This document shows positions 45,688-57,956 of a DNA stretch of 64,000 bases, in pieces. Each line of letters opens with the position of its first letter. Positions within the stretch are counted from its first letter, which is position 1. This DNA comes from Intoshia linei. Lineage: Eukaryota; Animalia; Orthonectida. The stretch lies in NCBI GenBank assembly GCA_001642005.1, contig LWCA01000002.1:1-64000 (forward strand), given 5' to 3'. The position numbers were made by a program, and so were the translations under genes. The notes below the pieces were generated by a model. That model searched no databases, was not told where the DNA came from, and saw nothing but the letters and a program-made list of their open reading frames with translations.

Positions 45688-45966
45688 CAGGGGCAGATTC
45701 AAGAGGCTAATTAATGGGGTGCGAGCAATATATTTAACTTCGTCGAAGGCAAAACAAATTTTTAGGGTGTCTCTTTTTTTCATTTAAACATTGTTATATA
45801 ATAGTTTTTTAAATTTGTATTTTTTCGCAAAAATAAAAAAAATGTAATGTTATGCGCCATCTATATTGTTATAATAAATTAAAACCTTGTTCAGTTATTT
45901 TACAAAACATTAATTAAAAATTAAGGGGTGCAACTGCACCTTCTGCACCCCTTGAATTCGCCCCTG
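45688..45966. mobile_element. MITE with CAGGGGC(A/G)(G/A)ATTCAAG TIRs
   Basis: 16-bp inverted termini; TSD not recognisable. Confidence 0.7.
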
Positions 45967-46855
45967 ATTGTATATTCATCAAAGACTTAGATTTAAAGTG
46001 TCGAATTTAGACTACGACTTAGTTGTAAGTCAAAAAATTTGAATATAGTAGCAAATTGCACACACTTGCCTACCCTGCTGTTCTATATTGATATTTCACT
46101 CTATACAGATTTTTTTGTTTACACAAAAATAGTTTTGATAAAATAGATTTACGTTTCTATCAAAAAAGTTTTTCGACAACAGTAACTTACATAAAAATTT
46201 AAATATTAATGAAAAACACCTCGACTTATGGGAATGGAATAATGGATATTAAAGTAGAGTCATTTATGCCTTCTATAGGTGCTAAATCGGTATTATTTTT
46301 TTTACATTAGATCATAAAATATTAAAATAACCAAAACCTGTTCCGTCATAATAATATAAATTTTTTATGAGAACATTCTTAAATCCAACCATTTTTACTA
46401 AATCCACTTTTCCAACCCTTAAGAGGAAAATTTATGAAACTAAAAAAGTAATAATTAAATTATTCTTTGGGTTTTAGTTTAATTTTGTTAAAAACTTGAC
46501 AAATTACTATTTTTTTAAAATGGAATATTTTTAATTTTGTTTTATGAAGGTATTTTTACCCTTTTATGGATCATTACGCCGTGTGATGAATATACTCTTT
46601 TGTTGAAAGGCAGCACAAATAAAAAATTTACGGCCTAAATATAATTGTCAATTGACCCTCATTATGGACAGTATACATTGCTATACAAAATGTCACAATA
46701 AAAACATTTTTCAACATAATTTCTCACATTATTATTAGATTTATACAATAATAATTGCAAAAGAAGCAGGAAAAAAGGTATTTGCAAAAAGCACCTATTC
46801 AAGCTTACACCAACTTTATGATCAAGTATTATTATAGTATACTATTATATGTTAA

Positions 46856-47365
46856 CCAGGTTGACTGTTATGTACTACGTACAAACAGCACCTAGCTCTG
46901 CCGAGGGCACATTTTTATTATACCAAAATAAATTCACGTTGAAAAATAAACTTAAAAATCCTATTATTCACTCTTATCAATCATTTATAAAAGTGGTTCC
47001 CAAACTTGTTTCAGGTGGAACCATTATATGACATTACTTTTCAGGCTGTTTTCATTAAAAAAAAGTAATTTGTGGTTTTTAGCCCTGAAGATATATATAT
47101 TTTTAAATTTAAATTTATGATTTTAAAATCCGTATCAGAATGTGTATTTTTTTAAATTCTCGAACTCATTTGATTTTCAAAAAAAAGGACAATTGGGCTT
47201 TTTGCCTCGTAAGATGTGAGTTTGGGAGGTTGAAATTTATTTTGCTAACACCCGGAAAAACTGTAATTGAAATGTGGACTTTATAAAATTATAAGACTGG
47301 TAGTTATTGAAATAAACGGTAACACACACAAACAAATATTGCATAGCATATTATATAAGTAAGGA
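46856..47365 (-). mobile_element. Non-autonomous Helitron, 510-bp internally deleted copy
   Basis: Minus strand reads A|TCCTTACTTATATAA ... hairpin ... CTGG|T. Both ends match 26898-28286. Confidence 0.82.
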
Positions 47366-47752
47366 TTAAAAAATTTGTAATAGCTATGATGTTTTTTACA
47401 TTCTGACGATTAGTTTTTGTCATTTTTAAAAAAAGGGTTAATTTGGGTTTTTGTCCATGTAAATTCAAATTGTTAATAGAATTCTAATAATAGAATAGAC
47501 TTGGAACGCACACCGGTGATATCAATCCGCGACGAATGCAATCATATCTTAGTAGTCCTAAACATTTTCACTGCCCCTGTATAGATATAAAAAATCTGGA
47601 AAAATCCCCATAAGGTAGCCCGACCTAATTTAGCGAACATTTCCTTACGCGATTATGTCATTAAATATTTTAAAATATAACATTCATAGAATTGCAATTC
47701 TATTAACAATTGTTTATTCCTTGTAAAAATATTATAAAAATAAACATTTTAG

Positions 47753-48959
47753 ATGAAATCACATATCGACAATTTGGTATTTCCTCAAAAAAGATTAGGT
47801 CTAACTGATCCTGTTGAAAAAATTTTGGTTTTGGAACAAATGCTTAAAGTAAATGTTCATAATATTATTTGGATTTTAACTTATAAAAAGAAATTTATTT
47901 TTGAAATTTGAAAAATCATTAAAAATATCTTGCATATATTTTCCAAAATGAGACATGCATGATGCAATAAATAGGACATTCTCAAATTATTTTGACTTGA
48001 CATTAATTTTATTTTTAGATGATTGCCAAATCAAAGTATGTATCTGAATTGGTTAAATTTTTGGACATAGCAAGTGAAATTGATTTAGGGTAGTTTTCAT
48101 ATTTAAACATGTACAAAATTTTAAAATACAATTTCACCCTTTAGTGAAATGGCAGATTTTCCTTTATTCAAAATGAACAATTATAGCTTGGATTATTTAA
48201 CGCAACATCAAGGTACAAAAATAAACTAGGGACAGATTAAGAGGACCACACTTTGAAAAAAAGTGGGCCGCCTTTATCAACTGGTTCATGTTATTTTTAG
48301 GATTTTCTATAAGTAAAAATAGATATATTATACCATTGAACAGTTTGAAATGCATTTTCATGGTAACCATTTAATTAAATTTAAGATTTTTATTTACATG
48401 TTAATCAGAATCGGTTCAGAAGAATTCTTAGACACTCCCAATTGACAAATATTATGAACAATGTGAAAATGTTGAAATTTTTTTTTTTTTAAATTTTATT
48501 CAGATTTTTCAGAACATGGCCGGATTTTTTTGTCGAAAGTTTATTTTTTTCCTGGATACAACTCATTTTATATAGAAAGACTGAAAATAATAAAAATTTT
48601 CAAGATCCACTTAATCTGTCGCTACTGTATACCAATTCAAACTACATAAATTTATGTATTACAGACTAAGTCCTTATTAACAGAATTTTGAATTATTCAT
48701 TTTTTCGTAACGAATTTGTATGAACCAAAAATTTTATGTCTAAAGCTCTAGAATCTATTTTAATGACATATCATAAATATCAACTCGTTTGTTTACTAAT
48801 TAAAAGTTAATTAATTAAAGTAATTAAAAATCCGGATTTGATAATTCCGTTAATAAGGACTTAGACTGTATTATTATTGTGAATATTTTAACTACAGAAA
48901 CTGTTGATGAAATAAATAGTATTCGCAATGATGCTTTACAATGGAGCAAGGAATTCTAA
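47753..48959 (+). CDS. Small multi-exon coiled-coil protein, tentatively dynactin p22/DCTN3-like
   Basis: Exons give LGLTDPVEKILVLEQMLK|MIAKSKYVSELVKFLD..DYLTQHQ and a terminal ..NSIRNDALQWSKEF*. Middle exons and the true start are unresolved. Confidence 0.35.
48662..48868. mobile_element. Tigger/pogo-like MITE, 207 bp
   Basis: 26-bp TIRs CAG(A/T)CTAAGTCCTTATTAAC(A/G)GAATT; TA on both sides. Confidence 0.88.
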
Positions 48960-49320
48960 TTTGTTAGTCAATACTATTGAGTGACTCAATTTGAGAAACC
49001 AACATAGAAAAATAAATACATGTATCTAAAATAAAACATTAAAAACTGTACTAAGTATTGTATTTGTGAAAAGTTGCATTAGCTACAGTACAATGTACAA
49101 TTTTATTTTACCGATTGTTTCTTCAATATTTATCAACAATGTTGTATTCATTCGTTTAATTTAAACGAGACTGGAATCCAGTCACATTATTCGAGAAAAA
49201 ATTATAGAATAAACTTTACAATGTACAGTTTCAATAATTTCATTATTGTTGCGCATCAATTTTTTTCTATAAATATCTATAGTAAAATTATACACTTTAT
49301 TAAATTTTCAATAAAAAAGA

Positions 49321-52300
49321 ATGGAGAATATTGAAAATGTGGAAGTAGATAAATTTAAAAATGAAACAATATTTACTAAAAAATCAAGTTTAAAATTATT
49401 ATCAATATTAATACCAATTTTGTGTTGGATTGTTGGATTCACATCACGATTGTATGCTGTAATACGATTTGAAAGTATCATTCATGAGTTTGATCCATGG
49501 TTTGTTTTTTACTTTTAAAAGTTACGTTTCTATGTTACCATTCCTTTGAAATTTCTCAAAAACTCCATTTAGAAAAATCCCAAATAGAAATTTTAATACA
49601 TCATAAATCTAGAAAATACATTTTTAAGGTTTGATTAAAAGGGAATATGTTAGATTTTTGATTATTAATTTTATCTCATGAGAAATTTCAAATAAACGGT
49701 AACATGAATTATAAATAGGTTCAATTACAGAAGCACTGAATTTTTGAGTAATACAAATTTTTACGAATTTCTCAATTGGTTTGATGATAAAGCATGGTAC
49801 CCGTTAGGTCGTATTGTTGGTGGAACTGTAGGTATTTGATTTTACAGTAATATCAATCTAATTTTAGCTTTATCCTGGAATAATGCTCACGTCCGTTTTC
49901 GTTTTTAAAATTTTTAATTTTATTAATTTTCCAATACACATACGCGATATTTGTGTCTTTTTGGCTCCATTTTTTAGGTTTTGTTTTTAGTTTATTAATT
50001 TTATTATTTCTATAATTAGTGGATGTACTGGTGTAGCAGTGTATGCGTTTTCCAAAGAATTGTTTGACACAAAGGTTGCTTTGTTTGCAACGTTTTTTAT
50101 CACTATTGCACCGGGGTATATTAGCCGATCTGTGGCTGGAAGTTACGATAACGAAGGAATTGCTATATTTTGCTTAATTATGTGTTTTTATTCTTGGGTT
50201 TTTTTTATAATCATTATTTAATTAGTTGATTAATTAATTGTATTTTTATGTTATTCAATTTTAGATCAAAGCAATGAAATCTGGTTCAATTTTTATTAGT
50301 ACTGTTTGTGCTTTGTGTTATCTTTATATGGTAATTTTAATGTGCATTATTTTGTTGAATCAAGCTGGTATATCACTCAAATATTACGGATAAGTGTTCG
50401 GACAAACAAAATACTTTTTAATACAGACAGGCGATATGGACGGGCAGAGGGAATTTTTTTAGTTGTATAACAATGCTATAAAGTAAATTATTTTTTTAAT
50501 GCCATACTGAGTACTTGGAAATTCCAAGTTGGAATAAAACACGACCTCTTAATTTTAACACTTTTATGTATAAATTGTACATTTTTGTGGTATAAAGTTT
50601 ATTATGTATTACTAAACAATGTTTATTAAACGACTATACGTCAATTTGTAAAGTTTTATTTGTAAATGGTCGCTTTTGTAAAAGATTTTGTTAAAATTAT
50701 TTTATATACATTAATTTTATTTAATCAAAATTTTAAATGGTCTTAAAACATTTTTTTATTAACCAAACTTTTAGGGGGATTTTTAAGATTTTTTTTAACT
50801 AAACTTTCAAAGGGGCTTTTTAAGATTTTGTTTAACCATACTTTCAGGGTTTTTTTTAAGATGTTTGTTTTCATTTTTTTAAACATATTAAAATCAGCAG
50901 CTTTCATTATTTATGTAATTTTTGTAATTTTAATTCAATTTAAAATTACTTGATGTAACAATACCTTTGTTTAGTTTATATTTAAAACTACGCAATTAGC
51001 AAATTATTAAAAAAAACAAAATAAGAACACGCTTATGAGAATAAAAAAGTTAGATTAGTGCAACTGACGTTAGAGAAAAGAAAACGTATTACACAAAATT
51101 CTGTTAATCAAAAAGAAATAAAATCAGAGATGGAGGAATTAAAAAATCATTTTTAATCATTTTCTATGCGGCTACTCAGATAATGATGATACCAAGATGA
51201 GAGGGTTATTAAAATTCAAGAGAATACTCGGATATTAACAACATAATTCACCATTCTGTTTTTGAAATATATTATTTTAACGGGACCAAGGTATAAGACA
51301 ATATAAATCAAAAACTACCGATTCTAATAGAGCGAAAGCTGTATATCAACGACTACTATCCTATACTATTTTGTAAAAATCAAAATGTCTCCCGATAGCC
51401 TAGGGTGGCGCTCCATTAACTATAGAGATCATTAGATTAATTTACATCAAGTAAAATTGTATTTTAATAATTATTTTAGGTGTCAGCATGGGGTGGTTAC
51501 GTCTACGTCATTAACTTGATACCTTTGCACGTCTTGTTTCTTATCATAATGGGAAAATATAATGAGAAATTGTATATATGTAAGTTTTTGAATCTGGTTA
51601 ATTTTAAATGTATTGATTATTTTTGCATACGGTTGAGGTTTAAAGATTTAGAGCCGTTACAAAAGGGTTAGCGGAAATGTTAATACAGACTAGTCCAATT
51701 TAAACTTTTTTGTAATGTTATAGAGATCCATATATTATATTAGGGGCTTTTTTATTTATAAACAATCTTACATTTTAAGGAACTTCGATAACTGTAGGAC
51801 ATAGTACCCATCTTTACATCTATCAATAATTTCATCATAAGCATACATTTTAATTGACTAGATTTCATTATTCTTAATATGTTAATATATTTTATTTCAT
51901 AAAATAATTAATTTTAGCTTATTCAACTTTTTACATACTTGGCTTGTTGTTATCTATGCAAATACCTTTTGTTAATATTCAACCTTCGTTTACAAGTGAA
52001 CATATGGCATCTGGAGGTAAACTTAGCTTTTATGGTGTTGCATTATGGATTTGTTTAATATATAGAGTAGAACAGTGGTTCTCAACCTTCTTAAATCAAC
52101 GCCCATCACACCATAATTCATCAATTTCTAAATCAACTATTTTTAAGCCGCTATGATAAAATGAAGTATAGTTTTTATAAAATCAATAATAATGGAAAAA
52201 AAAGATAAATAATTTTTGTTTATTGTCATGTCATCCTGGTGATTGAGGGCCAACTCCTTAATTCTTTGTTTTAAGATGGTTAAATTGATAAAAATATAAC

Positions 52301-55300
52301 CTCTTATACATTCATTTTGTTTCTATCTTTACTCAATATTTTGAATACAGAACTGAATCCACTTTCAACCATGTAAGATGGTGAAAAATACATCAATGGA
52401 TAAAGACATTTTGAAGGGTCACATCCCCATAATGCAAAATAGATAAGGGCCAAATTTTTATTGACAATAATATCAAAAATAACACATTTGAGATTTTTAA
52501 TAATATTGGTTGGAGCCCCTAAATTTTGAAAACGCTCTCTGGGGGGAGGGTTACGATAACGCCCACGTTGAGAACCACTGAGGTAGAGTATGTTTGAAAA
52601 AAATATTTGCAGGGAAGCAGTGAGAATGTCACGACGTATCTGCATTGATTAATAACATATTTCATAAACTAAAATACAAACTTTAGGTATATTTGTTCTT
52701 TTACAATTTTTGGCTTTTTACAAGTACATTACAAGTAAAGTCACTACAGTTTCAACTAAAACTCTCATGAAGTATACAACGATTCCGTTCATCATTATTT
52801 CAATGCTATTTATATTTTGTATCATATTCTTGTTTACTTATTTGGGTAATTTTTATTCTACTGTACTAGCTTGATTGTTAAATTTGAGCAAAGAACAGAT
52901 AGCTCTGTCTAGGTCGGGTCAATTTTAGACTGAATTTTTTTAGTTATTATAATCTAGATCAGGCATTCTCAACCTTTTTTCTCTGTGGACCCCTAAGATG
53001 ATATTACAAAAAACATGTGGACCCCCAAAAAAATTAATAATAATTACAATTTTTAATGAATTATTACATTTTTGTAAAACGAGTGATGGCCAAATGAGAT
53101 GGGGTACTCTAGTTTTTCGAGATTATAAAGTTGATGAACTTTTAATATTAAACAAATTTTTAAATTTTAATACTAACATTATTATTCAATTTTACAATAT
53201 ATGCAGATAAGCGACCTGTGAAGAAAAAATGTCGATCTTAATCAATTTTAGTTTGAATTATATTTTTTCTAAAAATCACTAACATAAAGTCACTTTTTCA
53301 TAGTTAACGTCATATTTTACAATTGTAGTCTTTTTTTCAAAACTAAAGTCAGTTTTATTTGTTTACTTCTTTGAGTAAACGACTTTATTATTTGAAAATA
53401 TAACGTTAGTTAAGAAAAATTGACTACAAAATTGTATGTACTGAAAATTTCTATATGTTATAAATGTGTATAATTTTCATGGACTCCAAAAAAGTTCTCT
53501 GGACCCCGTTGAGAATGGCTGATCTAGATTATAGTGATTCTTAACTGGTACGACAAATACACAGCATATGCATTGTATGTGCTGTGTTAATTTTTTTCGC
53601 ATGTTACCGGTGCACTGCTACATTTTAAAAACTAAACAATTGGGAAATGGTTGTATGATTGTCAATTTTGGCACAATTAATATAATAATTTTAGAAATAA
53701 TCGCACCGTGGACTGGGCGATTTTATTCATTATGGGACACCGAATATGCTTCAAAGCACATGCCAATTATTTCTTCAGTTTCTGAGCATCAACCTACTGC
53801 TTGGTAAATTTATTAACAAGAAAAAAATGACAATGAGATATCCAGGTTCAATGTAATTTGAAAATCCTTACCCTCAAAAAATTACTTTAATTAAATTAAT
53901 TTTGGAGTAACTTGATAATTTTTTTATATCTAAATTTATCTTTTAAAATTTTTATTTATTTATTCAACTGCACTATTTCAGAATTATAAAAGATTAATTA
54001 ATATTCCACATGACACTATGACTTTAGTGTAAAGGTGCACACTGTGAACTGCACAATACTTTACTTCCAAAAACCCTTTATTTATTTACATTTCATTCAC
54101 TACTGTCAGGTTTGACTACTCATCTTGTCTATAACTGGTTAATAATTAAATTAAATCATTAGATTTATTAATAATTTAATTACATTTAGGAGTTCATTTT
54201 TTATGGATTTACACGCTGTTGTAATTTTCTTCACAAGTGGACTTTACTTTACTATAATGGAAATTACAAGTGCAAAATTGTTTGGTATTAATTAAAATGT
54301 TTAAAATTTTTATACCCGTGAAATTTTTGATAAGTTTTGATATATTAACAATTACTCAATATAGCCGTTCTTTACGCCATCACTGCAGTTTACTTTGCGG
54401 GAGTCATGATTCGATTGGTATACATTTTGATTTTTAATATTTTTAAAGTTGAATTGTTCACACATGATTTTAGATGCTTACAATCACACCAATTGCTTGT
54501 ATTATGGCGTCAGTTTCTTTATCAAATTTTTATACTTCATATATGAAAACTGAATCGAACATGAAAATATTATCTAAAAATGTAGTGCATTATTTATTTT
54601 TATTTTTTTCGTTTTTATGTATTTTTAGAATAAAAATTTGAAAAAACCAACAGAAAGTATTAAAGATAATGTAAAATTACTAGCCATTTTTTTGATTTCT
54701 GTTCCAATCTTGTATTTTATAACTCACTGTACTTGGGTCACCAGTACAGCTTACAGTAGCCCCAGTATTGTTCTATCGTCTTATTCCAATGATGGAGGGT
54801 AATATTTTATACATTATACGTCACTCATTGGATACCTGCGACACGACGCCGGCTTAATGTACAATGTATGAGTACTACGGTTGATCGAACTCGCTCCCGC
54901 ACTTAGAACCTAATCTACCGTAAGAGACCCTATTCGGTCTCAACGAAATGTTTGTTAAATAAGAGCCTCATTTTTCAAAATGGCTATTTAAAAAATCAAT
55001 TTTGTGCCAAGTTTAAACGGTCAAATCAAATCCAAAGTCGTATAACGGTGGGATATGACATTACAATTCGTTTTAATTTTTTTTTAAACGTTTATTTTTG
55101 ATTTTCGGCAATATATGTTGATATTTATTTAAATATTTATTTTTTAATTTTTTATATTTTAAATATATTTAGTCAGTACATTATTGACGATTACAGAGAA
55201 GCGTATAATTGGTTAAATCAAAATACAGCTCCAAATGCGAAGGTTATGGCATGGTAAAATTAATTATTACTAAAAATAAATACGCTGGAACAGTTTAATA

Positions 55301-56593
55301 ATTTTTAAAGGTGGGATTATGGTTATCAAATTGCTGGTATGGGCAATCGTACAACTCTCGTAGATAACAATACATGGAATAACACTCATATAGCTCAAGT
55401 AAATTTACATTTTTTTAATGTTAAATTATTTAGGTGGGCGCTGCAATGGCTAGTAACGAAACATTTGCATATTACAATATTTTGAGAAAATTAGACGTGG
55501 ACTATGTGTTGGTTATATTTGGTGGATTTTTGGGATATTCTGGAGATGACATAAACAAATTTTTATGGATGGTTCGAATTGCTGAAGGCGAGTTTCCGGA
55601 ACTAATCAAGGTGATAATTTAATTAATAATTTCAATCGGTGTCCAATCCATTTTGTGAAATTACCCACTGAAATGACAGGGATGCACAATCTGTGGCCGT
55701 AAGTAATGCATGTGATCATATTGCAATATATCAAAGTTACATTTTTGACTTTGGTCACTTTCTCAAAATGGATTTAAACTTTCTCAGGGTCAAAGTAAAT
55801 TTTGTGCGGCCGTAGTATGAACGAATAAAGTAGCTTTGCGGCTGAATTGGTAGAAAGGTTGTGCACTTCTGCTCTATACATTGCTTAATCGATCGTTCAT
55901 TATCTAAAAATTAAAAATAACCGTTGAAATCGCATTGATTATCGAAATGTTGGTATATTTAAGAAATTTCCCAACATTACATATTCAAAAAGTAGGCTCT
56001 GGACTTATGTCCCTACCCTGCTCCACTACTTTAACCTTAGAACGGGGAACCAAACATTTTCTGTCGTATACACTCATATCATCTATGATGATCCCTCCAT
56101 ACTATCAAAATCTTTACCCATATACCCGTACCCATATAAAGCTTAAACCGAATTTTTATTACATTTATTCATAATATTAATTAATCTTTATTTATCGTCA
56201 CCCTATTGTTGAAACAACCCGGGAGTGGGATGTTGCCCGAGTAAATGAACACTGATTTGAATAAAACTAAATTTTTAGGAAGACAATTATTTTTCATCTC
56301 GAGGCTATTATTCAATTGACCAATTTGCTTCAAAGACAATGCTGGACTCTGTAATGTATAAACTTAGCTACTACAGATTTGGCGAATTGTCAATGGGTTC
56401 AAACGTCCCTACTGGATATGATCGTGTTAGGAATGTGGAAATTGGATGTAAGGACATTACATTAAATCATATGAAGGAAGCATTCACGTCTACTCATTGG
56501 ATGGTTCGGATTTATAGCGTAAATGATTTACCCAATTTTTCAACTAGTCATGAAAAATCGTTTGACTCAAGAAAAGTAGCTTTTGATCATTAA
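49321..56593 (+). CDS. STT3B: Oligosaccharyltransferase catalytic subunit, STT3B-type, many exons
   Basis: [68 protein letters not shown] and [32 protein letters not shown] and IAEG favour the B type. Confidence 0.96.
52073..52580 (-). mobile_element. Internally deleted hAT (Charlie/Buster) element retaining the transposase C-terminus
   Basis: TIRs CAGTGGTTCTCAAC / GTTGAGAACCACTG. Minus-strand [25 protein letters not shown] is the hAT dimerisation motif. Confidence 0.85.
52960..53521 (+). mobile_element. hAT MITE, 562 bp
   Basis: CAGGCATTCTCAAC / GTTGAGAATGGCTG; perfect TSD ATCTAGAT. Confidence 0.92.
55677..55871. mobile_element. Decayed hAT MITE
   Basis: CAGGGATGCACAA / TTGTGCACTTCTG termini with GCGGCC subterminal motifs; no TSD. 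Confidence 0.55.
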
Positions 56594-57956
56594 TAATGTT
56601 AATGTTATATTGCAATCATAAATTACTCATTTGATACAATCTAGGTTATGTTTCTGGAAATAAACACATTCTTTTACCGTTTGTATGTCACACTTATAAA
56701 ATTTTTTAATGCTCTATTTACATTATTGTTAACTATATTTTTGCATTAATTTTGAATTCAATCAAATTTTTTATTCTACCCGAATGATAAATAAAAGTTC
56801 AATTATTGATTATGATTTTTCCAATAAACAATTTGGTACTTTTCATTTTATGTAGTAAATTTTTTTTGTAGTGTCGAGTGACATGTTGTACATTTTAAAA
56901 AACATTGAAATGAATAAGGTTTCAGAGTTGAAAAAGAATGTTACAAGACAAAATGTTAATACCGTGGATAAAGTAATTTTTCATTTACATTTAATTGATT
57001 TATTTTTATCTTTATTTTCAATTGCTTAACCCTGCTAAATTAAGCATTAGAGTTTTATTTTTAGAACTACTGATTTAGAAGTTGAAATATTTATATAGAT
57101 GCAACCACGATTTAATACACACTTACTTAATTTTCTAATGAAGTTTTTAACATGTCCTTTATTTTTAAAGAGTTTATAAGAATTTCACTCACTATCAATC
57201 AACTGGTTAATTTTGAATTACATTTGATAGTTTGATGCCAATTTGTTTTGCTTCTCGATTGAATTTGTAATTGACACGGGAAATTGTAGAAAATATCCAC
57301 TTTGATTGACACAGCACATTCACCATTATATACTGAAAAACTAAGTTGATTCCAATGTTTGAAATTGTATTACATTCTGAACATATCATTATAATATATT
57401 TCAGCTCCAAATATAATATAAATATAAGAAATTCCAAAAAGCATCATACATATAATCGTATATAAATATAATATTATATAAATTATATATTTCATTTTCA
57501 AGGGACTTTATATTACTTAAAATTCCTGTATCAAATTGAATATTTCCATTCTGCATTTTAACCGGATTAAAGTTGCATAGCACAATTGTTAATAAAAAAA
57601 TTAAAGTCTTGTACATGTTCGTTTTTGAGAATGAATATTGTAATAATGACAATTATCAATATTGATTTACACTTACATTGTACAATGTACATTTTGCTTT
57701 ATATGTGTATCTTATAGTAAAACTTACCATTAAGTATTTACATCTGATAATACAAATGAGAAATCTTGATATTACATGTCACATTGTTACATTGTACATT
57801 GGTAAGTGTGTTTAATTAGTTAGATAATGCGACCACCAATGAAAACGATACGTTCATCCTAAAGTCATTTTTGGTTCAGTGTACTTTTGGTATACGACAA
57901 TTATTAATTATAATTAATATATAAAAATAATAAATATGCTAATGAACTTTGTCTAG

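Noticed and set aside
46849-47031. Short ORFs at 46849, 58740, 19469, 21257, 5434 and 52998
   Set aside because: They lie inside Helitron or MITE copies and are not kept open in sister copies.
51020-51370. Possible hAT transposase N-terminal relic in an STT3B intron
   Set aside because: Too degenerate; no TIR pair or TSD could be confirmed.
54830-54950. tRNA- or SINE-like segment (minus-strand GAGTTCGATC, GAGACC..GGTCTC hairpin)
   Set aside because: No convincing cloverleaf, A-box or tail; at most a decayed repeat.
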